Assembly (NCBI RefSeq): GCF_006345805.1
Contig: NC_043014.1
Location: forward strand, 52,142,001 to 52,206,000
DNA from: Octopus sinensis
Taxonomy: Eukaryota
DNA length: 64,000 nt
Direction: 5' to 3'
Numbering within the stretch: the stretch's first letter is position 1; each line of letters begins with the position of its first letter. Made by a program: the position numbers and the translations under genes. Below the pieces are notes generated by a model. The model made no database searches. It saw only the letters and a list, made by a program, of their open reading frames with translations, and was not told the DNA's origin. Below, one piece after another: positions 41,711-55,682 of the stretch.

Positions 41711-41830
41711 CAGGCATATATACATATATATAGGCTCGACGCGTAAAACACTTCCTATTCCTGAGCGTTATACTGATACATTTGTTTTGTACACCACCTG
41801 TCTTCGTCTTTTGTTTTTTTCGTGAACTCT

Positions 41831-41865
<35 letters not shown>

Positions 41866-43094
41866 TATACATACATACATATGTGTGTGTCTACGTATTA
41901 TAAGTAAAATTACATATATATTACGCACGCATGCACACACACAGAGACACACATATCTATGAACGTAGGTGCATATCTGTATGGAAACGCGCTCCTATTC
42001 ACAATCGCCAGAAGATATATGGCAGACATTTAGTAGCGTTTATTTCTTCTCTTGACGTTGATGACTCCCTCTGTTTGTACGAAATTCCTCGATTTTACGC
42101 TTTACTTTCTTTCGCGTAAGATAATCACAGTACTTCTGAGGCGCAACATTATAGATCCTTTATAGTTTCCATCTATCATCTCCAGTCAGATGTTTTCACT
42201 TGGCCGGCTTTGCAGAAGATTAGGCACCCGATCGTGCATACCTGTTTGAAGAGAGTTTCCATGGAAATGGCCAAACTAATATTCTGTCAGAATTTATTAC
42301 TTACATCAAAGATTGACGGGCAACGTGGTAGTTCTGGTTTGAACGTCGCGTAGATATAACGGATTTATTTTCAAGATTAACAAATGTGTAATCCATATAC
42401 ATTTTAATCTTAAGTCTTCAGAGTTTATATCAACTCCTACCAACACTGGGAGAATCGTTAATAGTTTTTGTATTGTTAGAAATTTACATTTTGATGCAAT
42501 GTAAAAATCATTGTTAAGTTTAAATAAAGAATATATATATATATATATAAATATATCCAGAAATTAGGGGATGGGTGAAGTTCAAGCGATTTCCTTAGTT
42601 GACGTCTATGCAATATTGTTTTCGAATATCAGAATGTAGATTAATTGTACACCCGTTAAGTATAAAAGGAGCACTTTTCCACTTCGAGACATGTATATAA
42701 AATAAGCATGTTTAAAATTTTAACTTGAGGCATTTTTAAATATCTAAATTGAGGAACACAATATTCGTGTTACTGCTACGTTCGATTCGATGAATGACCA
42801 CCATATCTTTTCATTTTCCTTGCGAAGTGAAGCAATTCTTAGAATAACTTTGCAGTATGATTCATAGCCAACTTATGCAATAAACGAACGATGGTTTTCG
42901 CCGCATAATGAGCGTTTCTATAATCAGATATATAAGCACATTCTAAATGTTAAGTTATCCTTTCAACAGCAATCCGGTTATTTCCATCTGTTTGGTAACA
43001 TTTTATAACAGTAACACACACAGAGTCGGTTCAAATCAGCTAAGATGATTATAATCACAAACGAATAAAATAATTAAGTTTCACAATCTGCCTT

Positions 43095-43170
43095 TATAAA
43101 TTAATTTACTCTGCTATGTATTGAGTACCTTATTTACTGTGGTTAACCCCGACTCAACCCGGGACCTACA
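43095..43170 (+). mobile_element. Tail of the hammerhead-bearing repeat (second copy)
   Basis: Reverse complement of 21287-21355; ends gggacctac followed by (TA)n at both loci. Confidence 0.8.
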
Positions 43171-43334
43171 TATATATATATATATATATATATATACACG
43201 CACATACAGAGCCGCATACATACATACATATATATATTCAATATATTTACGGACATATGCAGAAACATACGTCTCTCTCTATCTATAATATATATATATA
43301 TATATAAAATATAATATAATATATATATATATAT

Positions 43335-43405
<71 letters not shown>

Positions 43406-43427
43406 TATCTATATATATATAGATATA

Positions 43428-43482
<55 letters not shown>

Positions 43483-43486
43483 ATAT

Positions 43487-43523
<37 letters not shown>

Positions 43524-43538
43524 TATATATATATATAT

Positions 43539-43579
<41 letters not shown>

Positions 43580-45339
43580 GCAAAGAGAGAGAGGCGTAGT
43601 GAAAGGGAGAATAGTGTCAGAATGAAATCGGTTGCAGGTTAGCGTACCACATTTTTTCTACGTTGTCGTTTTTTCCCTCGTTACCGCTTCGAGCTGGTTG
43701 CATGAACATTTGTCTGTTAGGGTAATAAAATGCCGCGAAAAACATTATTTTCAATGTTATCTATGAGAGAAACATGTTTCAAACTGTAGGAGTTATTTTA
43801 CTTTGATTAATTCTCTTGCATATTGTCTGTCTGACAATATACTAATGATCAGGTGAGATAAATTAAATTCATTTTAATTTATCCCACCTGACCATTTCTC
43901 CGATTGTTGATACGCCATTGAAGCTGTAAAAATTTATCCTCCAATGAGAATTTATTAAATAAAATGATCCAAATTTAAAGAACAAAGTTAGCATTGAACG
44001 AACATTAAATTTGTTGCATGAGTTCATAACGTAATGTTTAATAAATAGTATTCGTTCACCGAAACGTACGCAACAATCATTTGACCTCTATCTTAATTAG
44101 AATAATTATAAATGATGTAATTATATATATTGCGTTTCTTTGATAGTAATGTATGATACCATTTATAACAGTGGCCATGGATGATATATTTTTCCCTTCA
44201 AAATGTTCTCAGATAAATTATCTCCAATTTAAAAATGTAAAAAATAGATCTATGTTTAACATCACAGCGTAGAAAATATTTTCGTCCGATTCATTTATTG
44301 CTATTAGATATATCGATACTTTTGAACAGCAATTCATATTTTCCATGTTATTTAGCGACATAACATGAGTTGTTAATGGTAAAAAGCGGCAAGAAAAACC
44401 CTCTATGAACTCAATGACATGGAAAGTAAAACATCTAAATAAACCAATATACAGTAATACAATATTTACATTTAATTTAAAGTTTACATGTTGAATAATA
44501 GCGTTTTTATTTCAAAAGAAAACCTTATGATAAAATGGCCATTAATGTCATATGCGCTTCTCATTTGGTGGGTAGGGCGGAATCTCATTTTCTATCTCAA
44601 AGTCTTTTTCTATTTTTATGTACGTTATCTTTTATCACCATTTAGCATTTTATGAACGCGCAATAGCGCAAAAGTTTATAATCGAACCAGCTAAGACACA
44701 ATATTAAAACCCTAATTTAGCTCTGAATATATCATTTGAAGCTATCGATTTGAACCTAGTATTAGCATCATAGGTGTGTTATTACTTTAATTTTCGGATA
44801 TAAAGTTTTGAAGTGGGTGATGAGCAATATTGTGGCAAATATTATATCGATATTGGCGTGTTTCTTTTTCTGCATTTAAAGTTCATTTTTATTTTTCTCT
44901 TGGTAGTATTTTTCCTGTGATAATATTTATTTCTGTAATCAAATTTTTAATGGAATATCATTAATAGAATGTTTTCCAAACTATACAACCCTATTATTTT
45001 ACCACACGGTCTTAAAATGTATCCTCTGCAAAGACGCATAGAGTTAACCCCAGAATTGAAGTATATATACATAAGTCAATAAAATTAAAAGATAATTAAA
45101 TTGCAGATATTATATTAAATAGGCTAAAATATGATCATTTTATAAGGATTTCTATGATAATTCACCCATTTCACATTCTCTCTCACCCTCTTTAAATATA
45201 CATACATTGGTATATGTATACGTATTTATGCATATATGTATATACAGAAGACACGTGAGATGCAGAGTTACTGGAGAGGTTACAGGAGAGGTGAAAAATA
45301 TTTTTAAAAATATGACTCGAAAATAAGAACAATAATATA

Positions 45340-45515
45340 GGCGCAGGAGTGGCTGTGTGGTAAGTAGCTTGCTAACCAACCACATGGTTCCGGGTTCAGT
45401 CCCACTGTGTGGCATCTTGGGCAAGTGTCTTCTGCTATAGCCTCGGGCCGACCAATGCCTTGTGAGTGGATTTGGTAGACGGAAACTGAAAGAAGCATGT
45501 TCTATATATGTATAT

Positions 45516-45565
<50 letters not shown>

Positions 45566-45790
45566 ATATATGTTTGTGTGTCTGTGTTTATCCCTCTAGC
45601 ATTACCTTACAACCGATGCTGGTGTGTTTACGTCCCCGTCACTTAGCGGTTCGGAAAAAGAGACCGATAGAATAAGTACTGGGCTTACAAAGAATAAGTC
45701 CCGGGGTCGATTTGCTCGACTAAAGGCGGTGCTCCAGCATGGCCTCAGTCAAATGACTGAAACAAGTAAAATAGAAAGAGTAAAAGAGAA
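45340..45790 (+). mobile_element. SINE family A
   Basis: Full copy from ggcgcaggagtggctgtgtgg to the (agagtaaa)n tail. Confidence 0.92.
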
Positions 45791-46849
45791 GTAAAGAATT
45801 AATAAGTAATGCGTGTGTTCATTTGGCAAAACAAAAGGACCATCCAGAAATATAACATGTGTTCCGACATAATTTCACATTATGGATATGCATACATTCA
45901 TAGGCACACATAGAATTCATATTAGACGCGCAGACATACAGATATGTGTGTGCGTTCTACCTTTTACACAATACAGTTATAAATGCCTATCTACATATAT
46001 ATGTTTCCTTTATCAAGTAAAGAGTGAGAGAGAGAGAGAGATTGTGTGTGTGTGTGTGTTTGAAAGGAAAAGAAAGACGGATATATTGAGAAATTAGCGG
46101 GAAATAATCTACGTATGATTTTATGTTTCTCAGATATACTTGCACGAGTAAAATGTGTAAAGAAAACCGATCGCGTTTCAACAAATTGTTTAGTGTTCGT
46201 GTTTGCTTTACATTATTGGGTGACAAGTGTAAAGAGAGAGCTGTGTGATTTTTGGTGCTGAAGAATCCGATATCGATTATATTAGAATATGTACATTATT
46301 GATTTCTGAATTTCCTTTAGGGTTACATTATCTCCTTTTGGGTCTCGTAAATCGATTAGAAGAAACGGAACACTACTGAAAATCAAATACGTTCAACATG
46401 TTATGAATAAATGGAGAACAATATTGCCGATTTAGGAATAAAAATAGATTAACCCTATCTCCAATGGATGAAAATATTTCAAGGAAATCTCCACTTTTTA
46501 TTCCTCGTCCGCAAGGGGCTAATACTTTAACAGTCACGGGGAAAATTACTGGATTCGGCCAAAATTGTATAATGGAAGACAATCTTCTTATACATTCAGA
46601 AAACGTCAAGTTTTATGCCGCAGCTGCGAAACAACTGAAAATATTGTGGCATAAAATACATATAACTTAAGCAAGCTATACGAAACTGAGATTAGAATAT
46701 GCGCCCGTTCATACTTAAAGAGAAGGAAATATCTGAATAATATTAATAACGGAATAAATAAAAGAACAACGATAGAAGGAATAACCGAACATACGTTTAC
46801 GAATACATTAGTATATTTATCTATACAAAGTATATCACCCTTGTTTCCA

Positions 46850-47350
46850 AATAGTTCAACATTATCCAGTCTTGATCTCTTGGCCTGTGTAGCTATGTAC
46901 ATCCAGGTTTGTCTTGTCTTTCTTTGACGTCGTTTTCTGTTGCTATTTTCTGATATTGACATTACTAATCAGAAAATACCTGTATTTTCAACCCTGGAAA
47001 TCTGTAATTTATTTTCTCACAAACTTTAGATATTCAGTTGTCCTGTTTCCATTCATGTCTCAATCCACATTCTCATTGTTTTTAATGCTAGGGCACTAAT
47101 TATGCGCCGCAGTCCAAATTCCTTTTGTTACAAGTTTGTTTTCTGTTTGTTAACACTTATGTAAATTGACTTTGTTTATTTCTGCCCTCAAATTTCATCT
47201 GAGCTATTTTCATTGAAAAGAAGAAGTACCTTTCCATGCAATCGATTTGATATTGCATTCTGGTGTTCCTCAATACTTATATAAATTTCTTCTAAACGCC
47301 TGTTGCTTTTTCTTCTGCCTTATAGTTTCTTCAGACTTACCGCTCTCTTT
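46850..47350 (-). mobile_element. Possible R4/Dong-like reverse transcriptase relic
   Basis: Minus strand tataagtattgaggaacaccagaa resembles YKYLGxxE; heavily decayed. Confidence 0.3.
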
Positions 47351-48103
47351 CATAAATGTTAGTTTTCTTGAATACAGGGATCATTGTTCCTTTGTGGGTT
47401 TTTTCTTATTTGTATTAAGAACGTAGCATCTATAGCAAACATAGTTTTGTCTACCCTCTGTATATTTCGCTGGTTTTATACTTTCATGAACCCTCCATCC
47501 CACTTATCCGTTGTAATTATAATATTCCTATGCGTGAAAGTGCGATATATTCTAAATTGTAGCATCCATTTTGTAGTTTGGAAACAGATAGAAAATGAAG
47601 GGAGGTTAAAAAAATGTAGGTTTTTCAGTGCAATATTTTTTCTGTTTCTTTAAACTTTCAAGATACAAATGGCTGCGAGTCAGTCAACCACACGTCGTCA
47701 TAAACTCCGATTATCTAATTAAACATGCACACAAACAGCTTATTTTATACGCAATAAATTAATCCGGAAGAACGGAATCTTTGCAATCTCGGAGCCTTTT
47801 AATTGACTTTAATGGCATTTTATATGAATATTTCTTCATAGAAATAATTTTGTGTTGCTATCAAAATATATTGCAAGTAGAGATTGAATAGGTTTGACCT
47901 TGCTATGAATTTTGTTAAGATTCCTTGACACAGGTGATGTTAAATCACTACACTAAAAGAAGAAAAACGAGTCTATATGAAAATCAATCAATTTCATAAA
48001 ATTTAATTTTGCAGCGCTTCATCTATGTTACCTTAAATTCTTTCTCTTTTATTCGGTCTTATCTAACTTATTTTATTCAATAACTGTAGATACACACATA
48101 GAT

Positions 48104-48139
<36 letters not shown>

Positions 48140-48311
48140 TAGTTGAATGAATTATCTTATTATGGATAACTCGGTTAACCGATACCTGGGTAGCAAATTC
48201 CCGTCAGAAAAACACGGTTGAAGCTACATGCCAAGGGCAGAGATCACGTGCTTTCGTGTGGAAATTTCTATGTTTTTCTAAAGTTAATTCGTCGTTCAAC
48301 TCCATTATTTC

Positions 48312-48354
<43 letters not shown>

Positions 48355-48640
48355 TGTATACACAGACACTCATACACATACATATATAAAGAGAGAGAGA
48401 GAGAAGCAAACAAAACCAGCCGTATTCAGTAGGGTGTGTTGAAAGTGGTGTTACATCCGTTCGTCAGTCTCCATTTTAAACTAAACAGTTGAGAGATCAA
48501 GTTATTACATATATGATAATAATATATATACTAAAATTGCAATAATCTAAGGCTGTTAAAAATTGATTTAAAACTTCTGCAATGCTCCTCGTACATACGT
48601 GTTTCCTCAACATTATATGTATCTATTTCTATTCATTCAG

Positions 48641-48928
48641 ATGAACCCACTGCTGAAATCGAAACAGATGTTATTTATTCCGGACCAGGCCACACACTCT
48701 CTATTATCTGCATGGTGGAAGGAAGTCCTACGCCCGATGTTAGCTGGTTCTTCAACGGTAATGCCATTACTGACTTTTCTGGAAGAACAACAAGGCTCAG
48801 CAAAGTGAAGAGCTCAAAAATTCAACACGAGTTGACGATACGACCCCTGATTATTACTGATATGGGACAATATGAATGTTTAGCGAGCAATCGCTATGGC
48901 CAGTTTAACGATGCGGTTAATCTTACTG
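48641..48928 (+). CDS. IgSF adhesion gene, visible exon 5 (complete Ig3)
   Basis: Acceptor attcattcag, donor gtaag; 288 nt, phase 1-1; YEPTAEIETDVIYSGPGHTLSIICMVEGSPTPDVSWFFNG...HELTIRPLIITDMGQYECLASNRYGQFNDAVNLT. Confidence 0.95.
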
Positions 48929-49215
48929 GTAAGAATTTACAAATTCTTTTCTATTTTATCTGTTAAAGAAGTGGAGTGCCTTAACTATTAAGAAAAGGTA
49001 CAGTTTTGATGATTTTTCCTGTACATCTCACTACATTGAGACACTTACACAGAAGGGCAACGTGCTAGAAATACCAGCAAAATAGTACTGAAATCGAAAA
49101 CAGAGAAAAATACTTAGTACCGACTCAGACATGTCTTTGACAATTTAGCTTACGTCTCATTTTCACTTACGTCCCTACACACGTACAAACATACACATAC
49201 GCTCACACAAATTGA

Positions 49216-49460
49216 TACTCTCTTTACTCTTTCACTTGTTTCAGTCATTTGACTGCGGCCATGCTGGAGCACCGCCTTTAGTCGAGCAAATTGATCCCGG
49301 GACTTATTCTTTGTAAGCCCAGTACTTATTCTATCGGTCTCTTTTGCCGAACCGCTAAGTGACGGGGACGTAAAAACACCAGCGTCGGTTGTCAAGCAAT
49401 GCTAGGGGGACAAACACAGACACACACACATATAAATATATATACATATATACATACATG
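49216..49460 (-). mobile_element. SINE family A, 3' half
   Basis: Runs from the tail to the internal microsatellite, where a family B copy interrupts it. Confidence 0.88.
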
Positions 49461-49464
49461 CAAA

Positions 49465-49697
49465 TATTTCTTTTTACTGCCCACAAGGGGCTAAACATAG
49501 AGGGGACAAACAAGGACAGACAAAGGGATTAAGTTGATTACATCAACCCCAGCGCGTAACTGGTACTTAATTTATCGACCCCGAAAGGATGAAAGGCAAA
49601 GTCGACCTCGGCGGAATTTGAACTCAGAACGTAACGACAGACGAAATACCGCTAAGCATTTCGCCCAGCGCGCTAACGCTTCTGCCGGCTCGCCGCC
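49465..49697 (-). mobile_element. SINE family B
   Basis: Family core; tacatacatgcaaatat duplicated on both flanks. Confidence 0.9.
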
Positions 49698-49714
49698 TAC
49701 ATACATGCAAATAT

Positions 49715-49759
<45 letters not shown>

Positions 49760-50164
49760 TAATTTTTGCTTTAATGCAGAAACAGTTTTGTGTTAATCTC
49801 ATGGGTTATCCAATACATTTCATAAAATACGGATTTATCATTCTTAAATATTATTGAGAGTGACTTCGAAGTATCGGCCAGTTAAGCAATTGTCCGACGA
49901 CCTAAGCATTTAATACATCATATGGAGAGATCGGCTGTGGATTATTTTTATTATATCCCACTTTATCAGAAATATTTGTTTTTTAAAGTAGCTTAGTAAT
50001 TATTTATTTTCATTCTGATAAGTATCTTCTCGATACCATCAATCGATTTTTTTTTGCAATTGATTTTTGTTACTATCGTACATTAATTGAACAAATTATT
50101 AAGTAAATGTTTTTGGAAGTTAGCAATTTTATATCTTAGCGATGTCGAACAAAATAACAGACTT

Positions 50165-51160
50165 TGATAAAGATGGTGATATTGATGGAGATGGTTGTGA
50201 TGTTGGTTAGAGTGGTGATGGTAATGATGATGATGATGACGACGACAGGGATGTGACTGATGATGCTGTTGATTCTACTGTTGCTCTTGGTGATGCTGAT
50301 GATGAACAGTACGAGGAGAGGAAAGTTACTAGTTTTGTATTAATGATAATGCCGGGGAAAATGATTATGATGATAAAGACGATTGTAATGATGATCGTAA
50401 TGATGATGATGATAATCTTGAAGATAGGGATCATAAAGATGCAGCTTATATTGTGGTTGCTGCTACTGTTGATGTTAAGGTCTAGGGCTTAGGGGCGGAA
50501 GACCCCCAGACCTTGGAAAAAAAACTTTGGTCGGCTTGTTGTAGTCGAGGGCTCTTCGGTGACGCCCGACTCACTAGGAGGTGGCCCTTAAAGTCTCTGA
50601 AAATGGAAATCTCCAGCCCAATTTCTTGGACGGCTGCTGTTGCTGTTCATATAGGCAAGAGGGGGCAGGGAGAGGATCACCAGAAAATTTGTATTTTGCT
50701 ACTGAGGATAATGGTGGTAATGTTGGCGACGGCGAGTGTAAAAATGATGCTGAGGATGATGACGATGAGAATGGGAACGATAATGCAGATGAGGGTGATA
50801 CGAATGTAAGTTTTAAAAATGGTGCTGATAAGCATTTTGATGAAGATGTTAAGGATTTTGACGATCGCAATCACAGACACGTTATACCTGAAGGCATTGC
50901 TACGATTGATAAGCGACCCCCCATCACCATCACCACAACCACATGCAGGACAGTAGAGTTGATGACGTCGAAGATGACGACGCTAATGATACTGATGACG
51001 GAAGTGCCGACTATGCTATTAGTCGTATTGATGACGATAATGATGAAAATATTGAGAACGCCGGTGGTGATGGAGAGAAGACAGAAGAGGATGAAGGTGA
51101 TGTTGCTATGTTGCTAATGGGGATAATAGTTATTAAGATAATGAATATGATGATGGTAAT
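50165..51160. repeat. Degenerate (GAT)n low-complexity region
   Basis: Strong 3-nt GAT/GAC/GGT periodicity with frame switches. Confidence 0.8.
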
Positions 51161-51353
51161 TTGCCTTCGAAATTCTCAATATTCGTCGTCAATGTTAAAT
51201 CTTACCAACGGAGATAATACGTTTCCCATATATTACATTCACATCGATAGAAGAAACTAATATGATAATCTTCTTTTTAATCTAGGTAAAGTGGTCTGAA
51301 GAGGGTTATAAAATTCGTATAGCAAACGTATATGAGTAGTTCGATTAACATGC

Positions 51354-51387
<34 letters not shown>

Positions 51388-51961
51388 GATAGATAGATAG
51401 ATAGCAAGGATAAGTAGCAGGCGCGTAAGTAGTCAGCTGACGATTAGGGTATGAAGGAACGCATCAAATTATATGGAATATAAAGCAGCGATTAGATAAA
51501 GTGCAACGACATATGACAGCTGATGGATGCTTCAAGGGAGCCTTTAATTTGAAGCAATCCAGCAATAAGTGCCTGTAAAAGGGAGTTTATTTCAATGGCG
51601 AAACTTAGTGATGTTGAGCATCTGTGTACGCTCGTGCAGTCAATATGGACGATATTAAGCGGCAGGAAAACATTCTTCGTGTAAATGGATTATTGGATAT
51701 GTTTTAATGATATCTTGTAGTGTGAGATCCATTTGCTGCAGCCCCTAGCGGAAATGATAATTTCATGCTTTAAGCAATAGGAAGTGTATGTATCTGTTCA
51801 TGTTTGAAAATATATTATACATAGGTGAAGTGTGTGAGAAAATAATTATACAGGAAAATACAACCATGTATTGCAGATGTTGTTAAAAGGTTCACTTCGC
51901 TAACTTATTCTCTTTCATTTCCATGTGCCATATACATAAATAGACACACGTACGTGTATGC

Positions 51962-52017
<56 letters not shown>

Positions 52018-52106
52018 TGTATAAATACATATATGTGCATGCAAAACTAATTTTATATATATACATACATGTAGCTCATCCAGTGAATCAAGCATCGCCT
52101 CTGTCG

Positions 52107-52302
52107 ATTCATCATCATCATCATCATCGTTTAACGTCCGTTCTCCATGCTACCATGGGTTGGACGGTTCGACCAGGGATCTGGGAAACCAGAAGGCTGC
52201 ACCAGGCTCTAGTCTTATCTGGCAATGTTTCTACAGCTGGATGCCCTTCCTAACGCCAACCACTCCGTGGGTGTTTTGGGTGCTTTTTACGTGCCACCTG
52301 CA
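52107..52302 (-). mobile_element. SINE/LINE 3' fragment with (GAT)n tail
   Basis: Minus strand ends ggacgttaaacgatgatgatg and contains ggttggcgttaggaagggcatcc. Confidence 0.65.
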
Positions 52303-52639
52303 CATATATATATATATATATATAGGCGCAGTTGTTGCTGTGTGTTAATCCCACTCCGTGTTCAATCCCACTCCATGACATATTTGCTTCTTTTTATTCT
52401 ACTATAGCCTCAGGCCGAACAAATCCTCATTAGCAGATATCTATATGTATATATGTGTGTATGTGCTTGGACCACGGCGTCACTTGACGACCAATCTTCT
52501 GTGTGTGTGTGTGAATATTGGTTGCCTGATACTCTACTCAGATTTAAACATCACATAGGGAAAGGTGGAGACAGAATATAATACGATAGAGGTGCATTCA
52601 ACAGGATGCATTTAATCATCTGTGACCAAACAAAAGCGT

Positions 52640-53010
52640 CGCTATCTGGTAAGAAGCTTCGCAATCAATCAGTAGGTTTCGGGTTCAGTCCCATTGTATG
52701 GCACCTTCGGCAAGTATATTCAACTATGGCCTCAGGCCGACCAAAGCCTAATTTCTAAACCTGGTAGACGTCATATATATGTATATATATATACTTGTAT
52801 ATATGTATCTGTGTTAGGACTCCATCACTGCCTGAGAACCGGGGTTAATGCCTTGTAGGCTCCCTTGCATAGCGATTCGTTAAAAGGGATTGATTGAATA
52901 AGTAGCAGCCATTTAAAACCTAAGTATTAGGCTCGAATTATTCCCGTAAACTTTCTTCAGAGTGGTGCTCCTGTAGAACCACAGCCTAATGGCAAAATAA
53001 ATGAGAGATA
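52640..53010 (+). mobile_element. Old diverged SINE family A copy
   Basis: gggttcagtccca, ggccgaccaaagcc, tggtagacg, internal TA run and gaataagta occur in the family A order. Confidence 0.7.
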
Positions 53011-53784
53011 AAGCATAAAACTCGATAAATAAGGCGTAATGGCTTCACGGAATACACTAAGGTCGTGTAGAACGTAGGTTTACAAATGCTTATTGAGTAT
53101 TAAAAGTATTGTGTGTCCTGTCTGAATACTCGATAGACAGATCATATACTTCATTTCTCAGTAATAACGGCTTACATATGTGCAGAAACAGAAGACGTAC
53201 AGAAAATACTCAGAAAAAAAGGAAAAGGAAAAAAGAACATCCATTTTATTTTCAGATAATGTCAGGGGAAAAAAAAAAACGCTATTTGTTTAGTGATATT
53301 ATTTCAGCATTTACTCCTAGAAGTGCATTTTCGAAATAATAAGTATTGATTAAATTAGGAGAAGAGGATGAAAAAGAAAACCAAGAAAGAGAGCAACGCA
53401 ATGGAAATAAAAAAAACAACAACAATCATTGATAAATATACTTTTGATAACAACGAAGAGGGGGATAAAAAAAAAGAGAGAGAAACTCAACCCAGTCTGG
53501 ATATAAACAGCTGTCATAAAATAAAAGAATATACAATGAAAAAGGGAAAAAAATAGCGCATTTGTAGGAAAGTAAAGAAAAATATATGATAAACGTTTTC
53601 AGTAACGGAAATTGGCGCATATTACATGCCATGCAACCATTGTTGGATGTATATGCGTCTGCCGATATGCATAAAGCTTATGGATATGCGTGAGTGTATA
53701 CTTACATATAAACACATATATGTGTGTATGTATACTTACATATGAACACACATATATGTATATGGGTGTGTGTGTATATATACT

Positions 53785-53822
<38 letters not shown>

Positions 53823-53892
53823 AGTATTACATATATATGTGCGTGTGCATGTACGTATATGCATGGAGAGGGATATTTATAGATATGTCTAC

Positions 53893-53925
<33 letters not shown>

Positions 53926-55222
53926 GTACATATATGCGTGCCTGTGCTTGTATGTATAGGCTTGCAGAGGGATATACATACAAACATACATCTGTGTGTA
54001 TATATATATATATATATATATACAATATATGTGTGTGTATATTAATCTACGTGTTATGAGTATGTGTGTGTGTGTGTTTGTGTCCGTAGGGGTGAGTATA
54101 TGTGTAAATGTGTTATTGTGTTTCCAGAACTCCTGCGTTCACTTCATTATTGAATAAATACAAAAGAGAAACTAACACAAAAACACACATACACAGGCTC
54201 ACACACACACACACACAAACACACACGCACGCACAGAAGCCACCCATCACGCCCTACACGCTCAGTCAGACAGACCATACACAATAAATTGAGAAATGCG
54301 ATGTTATTTGATGTGGTTTCCAAGTATAATGATTTAGTGAGGGGAGTATGAACTTTCTCTTCAATCTTTTTCTCCAGCTCTTTCGTTATTTAGTTCCATA
54401 TATTTCTATTCCATTATTAAACTTCGCTATGTTCATTTTTTTGTTGTTGATATTTTTTTGTGTAAAGATGAATGTAATGGGTTTTTAATTCTCTTTACGA
54501 GAGTCGCTGAGAATATAGCATGACTTATAAATTGGTTTCAATCTCGTTTTCCTCGGTCAAGATGTGATATTTTTTGTTTTGTTTTTTTTTTGGTGATGTT
54601 GGGAAAAGAAACTTTGCTTTTAAGCCTCGAATTTCAGATCTGGTAAGGACATAAGCAGATAGCTTTATAAAGTCACTCTTCTTAACTACATACAAAATTA
54701 GCAAATGATGTTTTAAATCAAAATGGAAGTGGTCAGTGCCACGCACACATAAACATTAACATTTGTTTCTTTATTGTTAAGTCGTAGCAAAAACAAATTG
54801 ACATTAAGCTAATAGTGCAATACGTCAGAAACTTCCTGGCTGAAACTTCGAGGTCACTATCACTTCTCTTTTTGTAAACGTCTATGTGTGTGTGTGGTTG
54901 TGTCCTGTCTTGTTTGACAGATTTGTATACATTCGAACAAGACAAGGTAAAATGCTGCACAGATTATCTCAGGTGCTCATGTTCATACAAACAACTTGGA
55001 TATTAGCATATTATTTGGACATAATACCATCGCCGTAGCAAGATCTTCTACGTCATTACGCTACATCAACGATGTATGTTAACCCATCGTCTATGACCTG
55101 AAAGAACTGGTCGCTTTATATTACAAAAACAAATGATAGATTTGTTCATATATAAAGGATTCTCAAGCTGCAATATTTTAATTAAAGGCTCTGAATGAGG
55201 TATAAACAGTAGCTGCACGACA

Positions 55223-55443
55223 ATATGAAATATATTTGCCACTTAAATTTGGCTAACCACTAAGGGTGGATGCTACTGTAGCTTGTAGCTCCAGGAGAAG
55301 GATGGCTTCCCTTTGCAAATACTGACAGAGCACAGAAGGTGTGATAATAGCCAGCTGGAGAATATGTTCTCCTGGGACTACAAGCTACAGCAGCATCCAC
55401 CCTTAGTGGTTAGCCACATTTAGATGGCAAATATACTTCACAT
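55223..55443. repeat. Foldback element, 77-bp inverted arms with 67-nt spacer
   Basis: 55223-55299 is the reverse complement of 55367-55443 with about 8 mismatches. Confidence 0.9.
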
Positions 55444-55638
55444 ATATAATATATTTATTGAAAAAATATCTCCTCAAAATATAGTATACTAAACCAGTGA
55501 ATCTTGGATAAAATATCCCTATAAGAGGTTTAATAATCCGCATTATATATATATATACACACACACGTATGCGTGTGTCCGTTTGAAATGTGTGCACGTG
55601 AGTGAGTATCAACTGACGCACACACACACAAATATATA

Positions 55639-55682
<44 letters not shown>

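Noticed and set aside
50581-51260. Acidic D/E-rich ORFs as a possible exon or nested gene
   Set aside because: Degenerate (GAT)n with frame switches and no convincing splice sites; exons 5 and 6 join in frame without it.
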